IMG/VR virus record: IMGVR_UViG_3300027896_000052
Coordinates: 1-55,286 of that record
Reading direction: 5' to 3' (one strand)
DNA length: 55,286 nt
From: a virus
Lineage: Duplodnaviria > Caudoviricetes
Within the stretch, counting starts at the first letter, position 1. Every line of letters starts with the position of its first letter. This document shows, piece after piece, positions 1 through 9,324 of the stretch. The position numbers and the translations under genes were made by a program. The notes under the pieces are model-generated. The model saw only the letters and a list, made by a program, of their open reading frames with translations, had not been told where the DNA came from and searched no databases.

Positions 1-100
1 CTTGTCGGCCGAAACCCTCCGTAAGCGGAGCGAGGGCTCAAAGGCTATGTGGAAACGAAAGAAGGGGAGGGACTCCGATGGTCGCCCTTAAAAAGCCCGT
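1..100 (+). repeat. Left anchor, identical to 53735-53834
   Basis: 100/100 nt identity by direct comparison; first mismatch at 101 (c) vs 53835 (t). Confidence 0.95.
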
Positions 101-302
101 CCGGCGGATCATCCAAGTTCTCCACAGGCCGGCCGTGATCGTCCTCGACCCGGAGATCTCAAGCGTCCGGCTCCGGGCCAAAGGTTCCCGGACCGAGTAT
201 CTTCTCCATTTCGACGCCCTGTTCCGGCTGGCCATGGTGGCCACGGAGCGGTCCGAAAAGCCGATCCGCCGTAGGCGGCGGTCAACGGTTGTCTTCTCTT
301 GA
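78..302 (+). CDS. Small basic hypothetical protein, allele A
   Basis: Homolog of 53812-54030 (~80% aa identity with many synonymous changes); GGAGGG RBS. Confidence 0.75.
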   Translation: MVALKKPVRRIIQVLHRPAVIVLDPEISSVRLRAKGSRTEYLLHFDALFRLAMVATERSEKPIRRRRRSTVVFS

Positions 303-329
303 TCCCCTCCCGCGCCTGCTAAAAACAGG

Positions 330-379
330 AAAAAGCCCGTTTTCGGGGTCTGAAAAAGGCCCCGGAGCGGGCTTTTTTT
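330..379. terminator. Bidirectional intrinsic terminator between convergent operons (allele A)
   Basis: AAAAAGCCCGTTTTCGGGGTC-loop-GGCCCCGGAGCGGGCTTTTTTT, with A/T tracts on both sides. Confidence 0.75.
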
Positions 380-656
380 ATGCCTCAAAATCGCGTCCAC
401 GTCTGTTTACGGCCAATTTCCGGGTTTTGGCTAGGCGTGTTCGACCCCCTATTGAAAATCGCCCACAATTGATCCCTAGCGTTTTTTTAAATTTCGCTCT
501 AGGAAGCCCTAGGATCGACCGGCTTCCCCCTACCCTGTGGGGGTGGTCGACGCCGCCCGCGCCAGCCCCATGGCGGTGCCATCCCGCTTAACGGCTGGGG
601 GTAAAATCACCAGATCACGGACTAGCTGCCTGGGCCAGCTCAAAACCGGCCTGGCC

Positions 657-830
657 TTAGCCGGGGCCGAGTTGGTTGACCGGGTTGATCGTGAAATATT
701 CCCATTGGGCCTGGACCAGCGGCGGGATCGGCGGCGGGTGCGGGCCCGGACATGAAGCCGCCGCAAAAATGAGGATGAGCGCCAGCGCGTACAGGGCGCC
801 GGTCAGGCGGATCCGGTGAGTGCTATTCAT
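657..830 (-). CDS. 57-aa putative lipoprotein (not in ORF track): MNSTHRIRLTGALYALALILIFAAASCPGPHPPPIPPLVQAQWEYFTINPVNQLGPG
   Basis: Translated by hand; ATG overlaps the upstream stop (TGATG); n-region, hydrophobic core, AAS-C lipobox-like site, Pro linker. Confidence 0.65.
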   Translation of the reverse strand: MNSTHRIRLTGALYALALILIFAAASCPGPHPPPIPPLVQAQWEYFTINPVNQLGPG

Positions 831-1507
831 CAGCCGGGCCCGAAAGATCGGATGATCTTGAAAAATTCGTAGGCGACATTACAAGCGGGACAGGCGGCGT
901 AGGTCTGAAGATAAAGGCCAGTAATCATGTTATATGGAGATCCACCGCTAAGGCCGCTATTCGTGAGAGTGGCCGCAACCGTCCAAGTCGTGCCATTGGT
1001 TGAATAAGAAAAGACGGCTTTGATCGTGTTGCTCGAATCCCACCCCAAAGAAATCTTTAACCAGATGGGAAGAGTCGCGACCGCCACCGAGCCGTTTATA
1101 CTCCCGCCTAAATTCTGCCAATAAAGGCTGTGAGCCGCGCCCGAGTATTGATGCCCAAACCTTATAGCGGAATCGCTCTGAGCATTGGTTATATATCGGC
1201 CTATAAAAAGCCCGCCGAAGCTCGGGTCCGCATTAGCGAACGTCGCAATTTTCGTGATGATTTCACACGGGAATCCAGGGACGCCGATGATCGCCCTGAG
1301 CGCGTTGTTCGTCCCGTTGCTCCACCAGTCCATATTCGTGCCGTTGTTCGAATCCATGGTCAGAAGGCCATTCGCTTCTGTGATCCGTCTTGCCGCATCC
1401 GTGTTCCAATCCCACCAGGCCCAATGTCGTGAAGCGTCGTTAAATTCATCAATAAATTGGACCTTGTCTTCGGTCACCGCCCCGCCGCCGCCCGGAATAT
1501 AAGTCAT
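830..1507 (-). CDS. Tail-tip / receptor-binding protein, allele A (beta-sandwich, lectin-like)
   Basis: Last gene of the tail module; W/G/N/S/T-rich beta composition; start MTYIPG at 1507 after an AGGGGG RBS matches allele B MTFIPG; ends GPG. Confidence 0.6.
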   Translation of the reverse strand: MTYIPGGGGAVTEDKVQFIDEFNDASRHWAWWDWNTDAARRITEANGLLTMDSNNGTNMDWWSNGTNNALRAIIGVPGFPCEIITKIATFANADPSFGGLFIGRYITNAQSDSAIRFGHQYSGAAHSLYWQNLGGSINGSVAVATLPIWLKISLGWDSSNTIKAVFSYSTNGTTWTVAATLTNSGLSGGSPYNMITGLYLQTYAACPACNVAYEFFKIIRSFGPG

Positions 1508-1520
1508 GACGTTCCCCCCT

Positions 1521-2042
1521 TTAGAGGATGTACCAGGCACCGGCCGCGCCGTCCTGGATCGTTATATTGACCCATTGAGCTGCGATGATGTAGCTCGCAG
1601 CCCCGTCGATCGTTTCGGCCCCGTTCGGGGTCAGGGTGACCGTGAAGGCGGAGGCATCGATTTTCTTGACGTTCAAGATCCGCCCGGTCCCCGTCGCCGC
1701 CGGCAGGCTGACCACCATCGCCCCGCCGACCGCGTTGCAGAGAATTGTGTAATCCGTCGCCGCGGCTGCATAGGGCGAGTCGGCCACGGCCTTTGTCACG
1801 GCCTTCAGGGAAATCCCGGAAAACTTCGGGCTGACATCGCTCGAGCGCGTCGCCTGGAGGACTTCCTCCTCGACCGCGGCGCCTTGATGCATGAGTTTAT
1901 CCGTCCCGGTCCGGCTCATGAGTTCCCCGGCCACGACGTCGGCGGGCGCCGCTGCTCCCCGCCAATTATCTTTGATTTTATTTAAGGTGACATAATCGAC
2001 CCTTTCACCACTTATCGCATCGGCTCCGGTGCTGAGAGGCAT
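1521..2042 (-). CDS. Tail fibre / RBP adaptor protein
   Basis: Position after the large tail protein; typical 'SLPAA...LNVKKID...ETIDG...WYIL' fibre module. Confidence 0.6.
   Translation of the reverse strand: MPLSTGADAISGERVDYVTLNKIKDNWRGAAAPADVVAGELMSRTGTDKLMHQGAAVEEEVLQATRSSDVSPKFSGISLKAVTKAVADSPYAAAATDYTILCNAVGGAMVVSLPAATGTGRILNVKKIDASAFTVTLTPNGAETIDGAASYIIAAQWVNITIQDGAAGAWYIL
1547..1673 (+). repeat. Right anchor, identical to 55160-55286
   Basis: 127/127 nt identity up to the window end. Confidence 0.95.
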
Positions 2043-2051
2043 GGGAATCTC

Positions 2052-4772
2052 CTATAATTTTTTTCCGAGGGCTCCGTCCGCGAAAACGCCCGTTGTGTCG
2101 CAAAGATAAGCATATACCCGCTCCTCGGGCCCGGCTGTGCTCCAATTCGACGCCATCGTCGGATCACCCAAGATGAAAAGTCCGGTCAGAATCCAGGTCA
2201 GATCCGAGCAGACGACTGCGATTTCCATCTGTTCGAGGTCGACCGTCAGGCTTTCGATATACATCGGCCGGCCCGCTTCGCCGGCTCCGATCGGGCTGAC
2301 TCCAAAGGGGTCCTGCAGTTCGATGTTATCCAAAAGGTCCAGGGAGTCCAGCCAATCGATTGATAACGTGAATCTGAATTTGTTATCGCCGAAAGCATAG
2401 CGGTCTAGCTCCTCGGCTGCTCGGATGGCGATCCAAGCCGCGGAATCCGTCCAGGGGAATGTCGCCGGCGACGTCGGCTCGAGGACCGCGTCCAGGATCG
2501 ATTGCGAGGACAAGTTTTCGAAGGTATCCCCGCCCTGGCAGAGATTCGCCGTCGGTACGAAATCCCAGGCGGCCTTGATCCGGTTGAAAGCGACGTTGCT
2601 CACATATTCGCGCCCGGGGTGATCCTTGCAGTCGAGCTGGGCCCATACCGTCTTGAAATTTGAAAGGCTGGCGTAATCCTTCCGGGCGATTTTTATTTTC
2701 CCGATCGCGGTGAACGCGGCCAGGATCCCGAAGGTGTAGAGGAGCTGCCTGTAATACTCCTCGCATGCGGATTCTGTCGTTAGAGCCAGCTTCCCGATCG
2801 TCCCAAAGCCGGCCGCGGCGAAGGTTGCCGCCAGCGTGTCGAAACTCGCGGTTTCCAAATGGGAGACCGGGACCCCGACCAAAAATTCCAGGAAATATTC
2901 GAGGACCCGGGCAGGATTCTGGACGTAGCCGTTGACCGAATCCCAGGCCGGGAAAGAATAGCCCCGGCAGTTGAAGGTGACCTCATTGTCCCCCTGGCTT
3001 CCGGTGAAGGTGATCAGGGTCTGGCCCAGGCCGTCGTATGAAATGGAATAATCCGCTCCGGCAGCCTTTAAGATCCCGGCGGAATAAACCTCATCGACCG
3101 CATAGAGGCTTCCCCGGGCTGCCAGGTAGATGAAGTTCGCGGTATCGACGCAGGGAGCCTTTATCGCTCCGGGTTTGTCTCCGGCAGTCCAGGAAAAGGT
3201 CCCCAGAAGATTGGGCTTCGGGGCGTTGATATCTTTCTCATAGATGTTCGGAAATTCGGCCGCGGTGCAGCGGTATTCCGGAAGTTCCTTTTGAAAATAT
3301 TTCCAGCCGATATCTCGGAGTTTTGCAGAAAAGACCGGGCCGTCGAGGTTGTAATCATCCACGATGAATTTCGCTAGGGCGTGTTTCGATGCCTCCGTTT
3401 CATCGGACCATAAATAATAAGCCCCGACCCCCAAATTTTTCGCGTAATTGGAAAAGAGAAGACTCGAAAATTCCCGATCGACATTCGTCAACTTGATGTC
3501 GGCGTCGGAGCCCAGAAAGGTCCCGAGCCCGGATGAAACGCTCCGGGTGAAATTGCTGAGGCTCAAGATCCGGCCATCATAGAAAACCAGCGGGGCCCGC
3601 ATGTCGATCGGGGCATAATATTTTTTGATCGGCCATTCCCAATCCGTCCCCGGAATCAGAATCCTTTTCCCTCCTCCGCCGACCTTGAGTTGGAGCCGGT
3701 TTCCGATCGTCATGGCCCCGGTCCCGGCGTCGACTCGCCAATCGCCGGCGTAGGCCGAGGGCGTATTGGTAGAATTCAATTTTGTCGAAAGCCAGGCTTT
3801 TTTGAGATTGAGGACGTAGGTCCCGACCGGAAGAGCCGGCATCGAGGCGATCGTGATTTGGCTATTCGAATCGATTACGAAAGTCCCGACGGCTCCCGGG
3901 ACGACCCAGCTTCCGCCGGCTTCCTCGAGGGCAAAGGTCCCCTCGCCGGCGGTCCCTATAAAATTGATTTCCGTTACGTAATCCTTCCAGCCGCCGCCGC
4001 CTGGCGTCGAGCTAAAGGCATTGTTGGCTGCATTCGTGATTTCCGTGTCATCGTTATCGAATCCCAAGCCGGTCAGGACCAGGGCATCCCCGCCGGCTGG
4101 GGCGACTTTCAGCTTTGAAAGCGAATTGACGCAGGGGTTAAAAAATCGGACCTTAATTTCGGAGAAAATCGCCCGGACGATCAGTTTCGTTCCCGCTCCG
4201 ATGTCGCCGCCGTTCGGCTGGCTCATTCGGACGGTCAGGCCCATGTCGAAAAAATAGCCCTGAAGCATATTGTCCTGGGTCCCGAGCCCGGCTTTATTCG
4301 GGCAGCCGTAGAGGGTATAAACCTTCGGCATGTCGGCGAAAACAAAGAGCTTCCCGTCCTCCCATCCGCCGGTCCCGGCGAGGGGTGGGTAGGAGGTCCA
4401 ATCCTTCCCGGTGTCATAGACCTGGCCCGTAAGGACCGCCATGTTCGATTTGTCCCCCGGCGTGTACTTGGCCGTTGTCCGGACGGTCGAAATCGTGTTG
4501 AGTTTCCCCGAGGTGTTCGAGTCGACGGAATAAGCCGCCGTCCACCAGAAGTCGATTGCTTCATCGGCTCCGGCCAGGAGGGCGTAATCCGCCGCGGAAG
4601 GCTTGGCGATCCCGTATTCCCAAAAATCCCAGGCCGCGCTGATGTTCTTTTGAAAGCCGATATAAAATCCCGGGACCACATAGGCCGCCCAATCCGCCTT
4701 TGCGTTCCCGGGCGGATTCGTGACCAGGGCGGAGGCGTGATCGATGGCCGTGAAAGATCGGTACGGAATCAT
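2052..4772 (-). CDS. Large tail-tip / baseplate hub protein (906 aa)
   Basis: Second gene after the tape measure; size and beta-rich composition. Confidence 0.65.
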   Translation of the reverse strand: MIPYRSFTAIDHASALVTNPPGNAKADWAAYVVPGFYIGFQKNISAAWDFWEYGIAKPSAADYALLAGADEAIDFWWTAAYSVDSNTSGKLNTISTVRTTAKYTPGDKSNMAVLTGQVYDTGKDWTSYPPLAGTGGWEDGKLFVFADMPKVYTLYGCPNKAGLGTQDNMLQGYFFDMGLTVRMSQPNGGDIGAGTKLIVRAIFSEIKVRFFNPCVNSLSKLKVAPAGGDALVLTGLGFDNDDTEITNAANNAFSSTPGGGGWKDYVTEINFIGTAGEGTFALEEAGGSWVVPGAVGTFVIDSNSQITIASMPALPVGTYVLNLKKAWLSTKLNSTNTPSAYAGDWRVDAGTGAMTIGNRLQLKVGGGGKRILIPGTDWEWPIKKYYAPIDMRAPLVFYDGRILSLSNFTRSVSSGLGTFLGSDADIKLTNVDREFSSLLFSNYAKNLGVGAYYLWSDETEASKHALAKFIVDDYNLDGPVFSAKLRDIGWKYFQKELPEYRCTAAEFPNIYEKDINAPKPNLLGTFSWTAGDKPGAIKAPCVDTANFIYLAARGSLYAVDEVYSAGILKAAGADYSISYDGLGQTLITFTGSQGDNEVTFNCRGYSFPAWDSVNGYVQNPARVLEYFLEFLVGVPVSHLETASFDTLAATFAAAGFGTIGKLALTTESACEEYYRQLLYTFGILAAFTAIGKIKIARKDYASLSNFKTVWAQLDCKDHPGREYVSNVAFNRIKAAWDFVPTANLCQGGDTFENLSSQSILDAVLEPTSPATFPWTDSAAWIAIRAAEELDRYAFGDNKFRFTLSIDWLDSLDLLDNIELQDPFGVSPIGAGEAGRPMYIESLTVDLEQMEIAVVCSDLTWILTGLFILGDPTMASNWSTAGPEERVYAYLCDTTGVFADGALGKKL

Positions 4773-5539
4773 AAAAGCGTAATCCCGCGGGTCATGACCT
4801 TGAGTTTTATCGACCAGCTCCTAAGTTCGCCGCCGGGCCCGTAGACGACTCGTTTTGACGTTGGGCTTCCGACTACTTTTACCAGGTAGACATGGGGAAG
4901 TTTTTCGTCCGGGATGAAAACGAAGCGGCCGGCCGCTCCCTGAATTCCCTCCATGAAGGTCTGCAGCTCATCGATCGTCGCCGGGTCGATTTGGTTTGTC
5001 AAGGAAAGTTCGAAACTTTGGCCGATGCCCAGATAAGTGCTCCAATCCTGGCCATAGGTCGTTACCTGTTCGACCTGGAAAAATTCGGGTGAATCCGCCC
5101 GGCCCGGAGTGATCCGGACCTTGCTGAATTTCGCCCAGGTTCCGAGCCAGGCGACCCCGATCTCTGGCATGGCCAGATTGGTCGGGTCATTTATGAAAAA
5201 CCTCCACCAGCGTTCGTTCTGGCTGAAACGGAGAGCCTGGTCATGCTCTCGCCAAGGCATCTGCCAATTGTATACGAGACCGCCTCCCCAGGCATTCGAG
5301 CTGTTCGCCTGGACCCGGGCCGTCGCTGCGGCCGTGAGGTTGTGATTGAAGAGGGCGGCCAGGGTGACGCGCGTTGCCGCGGTGAGATCGACGACGATGC
5401 TCTGGTTTGTCTTCGCTTGGAATCGGAAGGGCCGGCTGGGCCGGTTATCGTACAAAAATTCCTTTACGTAGAGCGGATCCTCCGTCGAAACCGAAGAAAG
5501 CGTATAGATGTCGATCAGGTTCGTTGTGCTATAAATCAT
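4769..5539 (-). CDS. Distal tail protein-like
   Basis: Directly follows the TMP stop; start MIYSTT at 5539; ATGA-type coupling to the next gene. Confidence 0.6.
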   Translation of the reverse strand: MIYSTTNLIDIYTLSSVSTEDPLYVKEFLYDNRPSRPFRFQAKTNQSIVVDLTAATRVTLAALFNHNLTAAATARVQANSSNAWGGGLVYNWQMPWREHDQALRFSQNERWWRFFINDPTNLAMPEIGVAWLGTWAKFSKVRITPGRADSPEFFQVEQVTTYGQDWSTYLGIGQSFELSLTNQIDPATIDELQTFMEGIQGAAGRFVFIPDEKLPHVYLVKVVGSPTSKRVVYGPGGELRSWSIKLKVMTRGITLL

Positions 5540-5540
5540 T

Positions 5541-8500
5541 TTAGATCCCCAGCGCCTCTCGGAGTTGATCCTTTCCGAAGTTCGTCTTAAGCCAGCCGAT
5601 GAGCTCTGGCCCGATCTTCTCCCGGACGACATTGCGAACGCTCGCGCCGTCGACGGCCGAGATTTCAAAAGTGGCCGCCATATTGAAATTGACGGTCCGC
5701 CCACCTTCCCCGCCTATTGATCCGCCGCCGCCTTTTTCGCTCGAACCACGGGTAGCGATCTCGGCCAACTGATCGAGAGATAGGACAGCTTCCGTCTTCT
5801 TCTCAGCGACCCAGGCCAGCGTAGGGGTTTCGAAGACGGCGCCCGTCGCAGCCTTCGGGACCGTCGAAAGGGCCGCGACGACCTTCGTCGTCTCTCCCCA
5901 GATATCATTGAGGAGCGAATTCGTTTCCTTGGCGAGGTCGATTTGATTGACCGCGAACCACCATTTTTCATCGCCCTGGGCCTGTTCGTAGACCATGATC
6001 CCGATCAAATCCCTGAACATGTCGTGCATTTCCTGGTCGAGATCTTTGATCATTTTCAACCAGTACGTGACATCGGTTTGTTTCTGCGGCCCCTTGAAGA
6101 GATCGAGAACCGAAGCCACAGCGGTCACGACATTGGCGATCGTGGAGATCACCCCGGTCGCTACTCCCCCGACCGCTTTTCCGGCTACGCCGGCAACATC
6201 GCCGATCGCTCCTGCCCCTTTTGAAGCCGTGTCAGCGATCCCTTTTCCGACCGTATCAATCATATTCGAAGCGGCGGTCGCAAGGGCTTCGGACGTTTTT
6301 TTGAGGATGATATTTTCCAAGAAATCGGTCAGCCATTTCTTCGCCAGGTCCCCGACCAGGGTGAAAAAAGTATCTTTGATATCCTTCCAGAGACCGCCGA
6401 CCAAAGATTTCAAGGCCTTCCCGTTGAAGATGTTATCCCATGAAAGGGTCTGGGCCCAAGAAGAGATCGTCGATGAGAAACTCGAGGAAATGCTCGAAAT
6501 AACCCCATTCCATATGCTCGCTTCCTGAGCTGCGAGCTCCTGCTCGAGAGCCAGCCCTTCTTGAAGAATCGCAATCTTATTGTCCTTCTGTTCTTTGGTT
6601 AGGCTGAGATTATTTCTGACTGCCTCTATGTTAAGTCTTGTTTCTTCCGCTATTGACCAGGCCGCATAATCGGAAGAGCTCATCGATAATTTCATCTTCA
6701 TCGATTCGAGCTTTGAGAATTCCTGGGCCTGGTTATTCCAACCCGCGATCGCAGCTTCCTCGCCGGCCCTTTCCGCGGCCATGATCTCAGCATCCAGGGC
6801 GAGAGAATCGTCTCGCTCGGACATATCGATCCCGTGGATCTTCACGGCCAGGGCTTGTCGGGCGAGGGCTTTCCAATCGTAGAAATCCTTTGTAGCCCCC
6901 AACTCTTTGAAAATAGTTTTCTCTTGTTCGGCCTCCTCTAGGGCTGCATCCGTCCTCGCTTTGGCATAGGCATCGGATCCGACCGTTACGAGCTGATTCG
7001 TCAGATCTTTCTTCAGGGAAATCAGGCGATCATTATAGGTCTGATCGATCCCGATGGCTGCGTCGTTTGCGACCTGAAGATCAGCCGTGGCCTTGACTCG
7101 GGCTGAAGTATAGGCCGATTGGGAAATTTTCCCGTTCGCAAAGGCCGTATCCAACCCGGCCAGGACGTCCTTCAGGCGTTCGATTTCATCCCGGTTCTGC
7201 TGGACCGTGTTGATCCCCGACGTTTTCATGAAATCGGACCAGGCCTTGGATCCTTGGGTCAGGCTTTCGATTTCCTCCCGGGCCGCCTTCATGGCCAGTT
7301 TATAATTTTCCCAGGATATCTGATGTTCCGCCAACTTTGTCCCGAGCGTCGTCATGATGTGCTGGAGTTCGGTTATACGATCGTTGGCATCAGAGATCGT
7401 GGGGATCGATTTCGATTTCAAGAAATCCTGCCAGCCGGTCGATTCGATCGTCAGCTTTTTCTGGGCCTCGGCCTCTTTCTCAAGCTGGGTAGCATGTACT
7501 TTTCCGACCTCAGCGAGGGCCTTTTGGAGCGGGATCCCTTCCTCTCCGTGTTTGATGGCCATGGCCATGGCTGCGATATTGCCGTGGTATTTCTTCGTCA
7601 GATCGTCCAGGTCTTCCTTCAGCAGGGTCCCGTTCTCGACCAACATATAGATCTTGTCGGAAAGACTGGCCTCGGCATCTTTGAGACGGGTCGCTGCCTC
7701 GGCTGCGTAATCCTCCGCGACCGCGACCTCATGGAGTTTGATGAGGTAAAAGGCGATCGCCGCGACGGCGATGCCCCAGAGCCCTACTGAGGCCGTCAAG
7801 GCGCCGGCCGTCGTCCCCAAGGCAGTAGCGACCATCTGAAGGCCGAGGACGATATTCGGCAGCATGAAAAGGACCGGTCCGAGGACGACCATGAAGGCCC
7901 CGATTCCCCCAACAGAAAGGGCGATGATCTTGACGAGCTCGCCGTGGCCTGAAATCCAAGTCGTGACCTTCCCGACGACCCCGGTGATCCCTTGAACGAC
8001 CGAGGTCAGAGTCGGGAGCAGTTGGGTCGAAATTTCTTTCCCGATCCCTCCCATCCCGGCTTTCAGGCCGATCAGGCTGTCCTTAAAATCGTTCGCCGCG
8101 GCGGCATCCTCTTCGGAATAAATAAGACCGAGCTTTCTTGCCTCCTCCCAATTGTCCTTGAGCCCTTGACGGCCCAAATTCAGGAACGGGATCAGGTCGG
8201 CGCCGGCCTTCCCGAATACTTTCATGGCCATGGCGCTCTTGTGCGGGCCATCTTCCATCTTCGAAAATCTATCGGCCATGTCCAGGAGGACGTCGTTCAT
8301 CGGTCGGAGGGCCCCATCCTGAGTCTCCCTTACATCGACCCCAAGTTCCTTGAAGGCGCCGCCTGTCCTCTTCCCGCCGTCGCCGGCGATCTCCATGTTT
8401 TTCCCTAGGAATTTAAATCCTGTCGCCAGGCCCGCTAGGGAAGTCCCATTTTGATCGGCTGCGAGCTTATAGCCGCTCAGGATTTCAGTTCCGACGCCGG

Positions 8501-8759
8501 TTTTAATACTGAGCTCGTGGATTTCATGGCCGGCTTCCGTCGTTTTCATGATCATCGACGAGAGGACTCCGGTTATCGCCCCGCCGGCGGCAGTCATGGC
8601 CGTACCGATCCCAGCGATTGTCTTGGAATGCCCTAGGATCCCCGCAGCGAGCCCGCTGGCGTCCTTGCCCGCCTCTTTGATCTTGGCTTCCCAGCCGCTC
8701 TTGTCGAGGAGGAGTTTACCAATGATCGACCCGGCTAAAAATCCGCCCATCGTACTCAT
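5541..8759 (-). CDS. Tape measure protein (1072 aa)
   Basis: Ala/Gly-rich helical protein with hydrophobic segments and a 'VFGKAGADLIPFLN' TMP core; follows the chaperone pair. Confidence 0.9.
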   Translation of the reverse strand: MSTMGGFLAGSIIGKLLLDKSGWEAKIKEAGKDASGLAAGILGHSKTIAGIGTAMTAAGGAITGVLSSMIMKTTEAGHEIHELSIKTGVGTEILSGYKLAADQNGTSLAGLATGFKFLGKNMEIAGDGGKRTGGAFKELGVDVRETQDGALRPMNDVLLDMADRFSKMEDGPHKSAMAMKVFGKAGADLIPFLNLGRQGLKDNWEEARKLGLIYSEEDAAAANDFKDSLIGLKAGMGGIGKEISTQLLPTLTSVVQGITGVVGKVTTWISGHGELVKIIALSVGGIGAFMVVLGPVLFMLPNIVLGLQMVATALGTTAGALTASVGLWGIAVAAIAFYLIKLHEVAVAEDYAAEAATRLKDAEASLSDKIYMLVENGTLLKEDLDDLTKKYHGNIAAMAMAIKHGEEGIPLQKALAEVGKVHATQLEKEAEAQKKLTIESTGWQDFLKSKSIPTISDANDRITELQHIMTTLGTKLAEHQISWENYKLAMKAAREEIESLTQGSKAWSDFMKTSGINTVQQNRDEIERLKDVLAGLDTAFANGKISQSAYTSARVKATADLQVANDAAIGIDQTYNDRLISLKKDLTNQLVTVGSDAYAKARTDAALEEAEQEKTIFKELGATKDFYDWKALARQALAVKIHGIDMSERDDSLALDAEIMAAERAGEEAAIAGWNNQAQEFSKLESMKMKLSMSSSDYAAWSIAEETRLNIEAVRNNLSLTKEQKDNKIAILQEGLALEQELAAQEASIWNGVISSISSSFSSTISSWAQTLSWDNIFNGKALKSLVGGLWKDIKDTFFTLVGDLAKKWLTDFLENIILKKTSEALATAASNMIDTVGKGIADTASKGAGAIGDVAGVAGKAVGGVATGVISTIANVVTAVASVLDLFKGPQKQTDVTYWLKMIKDLDQEMHDMFRDLIGIMVYEQAQGDEKWWFAVNQIDLAKETNSLLNDIWGETTKVVAALSTVPKAATGAVFETPTLAWVAEKKTEAVLSLDQLAEIATRGSSEKGGGGSIGGEGGRTVNFNMAATFEISAVDGASVRNVVREKIGPELIGWLKTNFGKDQLREALGI

Positions 8760-9324
8760 TGGCTATCCTCCTCCTCGGCTTCGGCTATCTTGATCTGCCA
8801 GCTTAAAATCTCCAGGGCATCGCTCATGTCTTCCGCGCTGCCGTTCATGGCGATCCGGGTTGACGTCAGATTATCGATTTTTCTTTCCAGCACCTTGACT
8901 TTCGCCTTCCGGTGCCAAAAATTAAAATCCCTTATGTCCATCTCCTCCAGGCGATCGTAGGAAATAGAGCCATGGAAGGCGTCAGCAATTATGCCGCAGG
9001 CGTCCCCCCAGGCTTCGAGGCGTTTTTTTCCTCTCCCGTCGGCCCCTTAGCAAGCTGCTTCCGTATCTCGGCGAGGAGATTCCGGATGTCCTTGACGTCG
9101 AGTTCGTTGGCGACCTCGGCCGGGCAGTTGCTGATCAGCGGAAGCTGGCCATAGAGGCCCTCGACCTTGCCCTTGGCGATCTGGAGCTCGAGTTTTTGGG
9201 CCGCCTCGAAACGTGCCCGGTTGATCCTCCCGACCTGGTAGGTCTTGCCGTCGATCTCAAAGGTGAAAGGACTGTGCAAGGCCCCCTTGGTGACGAAACT
9301 CAGAGGTGTTTTTTCAGGGCTCAA
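8756..9324 (-). CDS. Tail assembly chaperone G-T fusion via -1 frameshift
   Basis: A-AAA-AAC slippery heptamer at 9028-9022; the -1 frame is open (KRLEAWGDACGII...) into ORF 8756-8941. Confidence 0.8.
8989..9324 (-). CDS. Tail assembly chaperone G
   Basis: Between tail tube and TMP; probable TTG start overlapping the tube stop. Confidence 0.75.
   Translation of the reverse strand: MSPEKTPLSFVTKGALHSPFTFEIDGKTYQVGRINRARFEAAQKLELQIAKGKVEGLYGQLPLISNCPAEVANELDVKDIRNLLAEIRKQLAKGPTGEEKNASKPGGTPAA

Noticed and set aside
657-1507. Diversity-generating retroelement (TR/VR pair) acting on the tail-tip gene
   Set aside because: No reverse transcriptase in the genome; the shared 46 nt are identical and nearby differences are not adenine-specific
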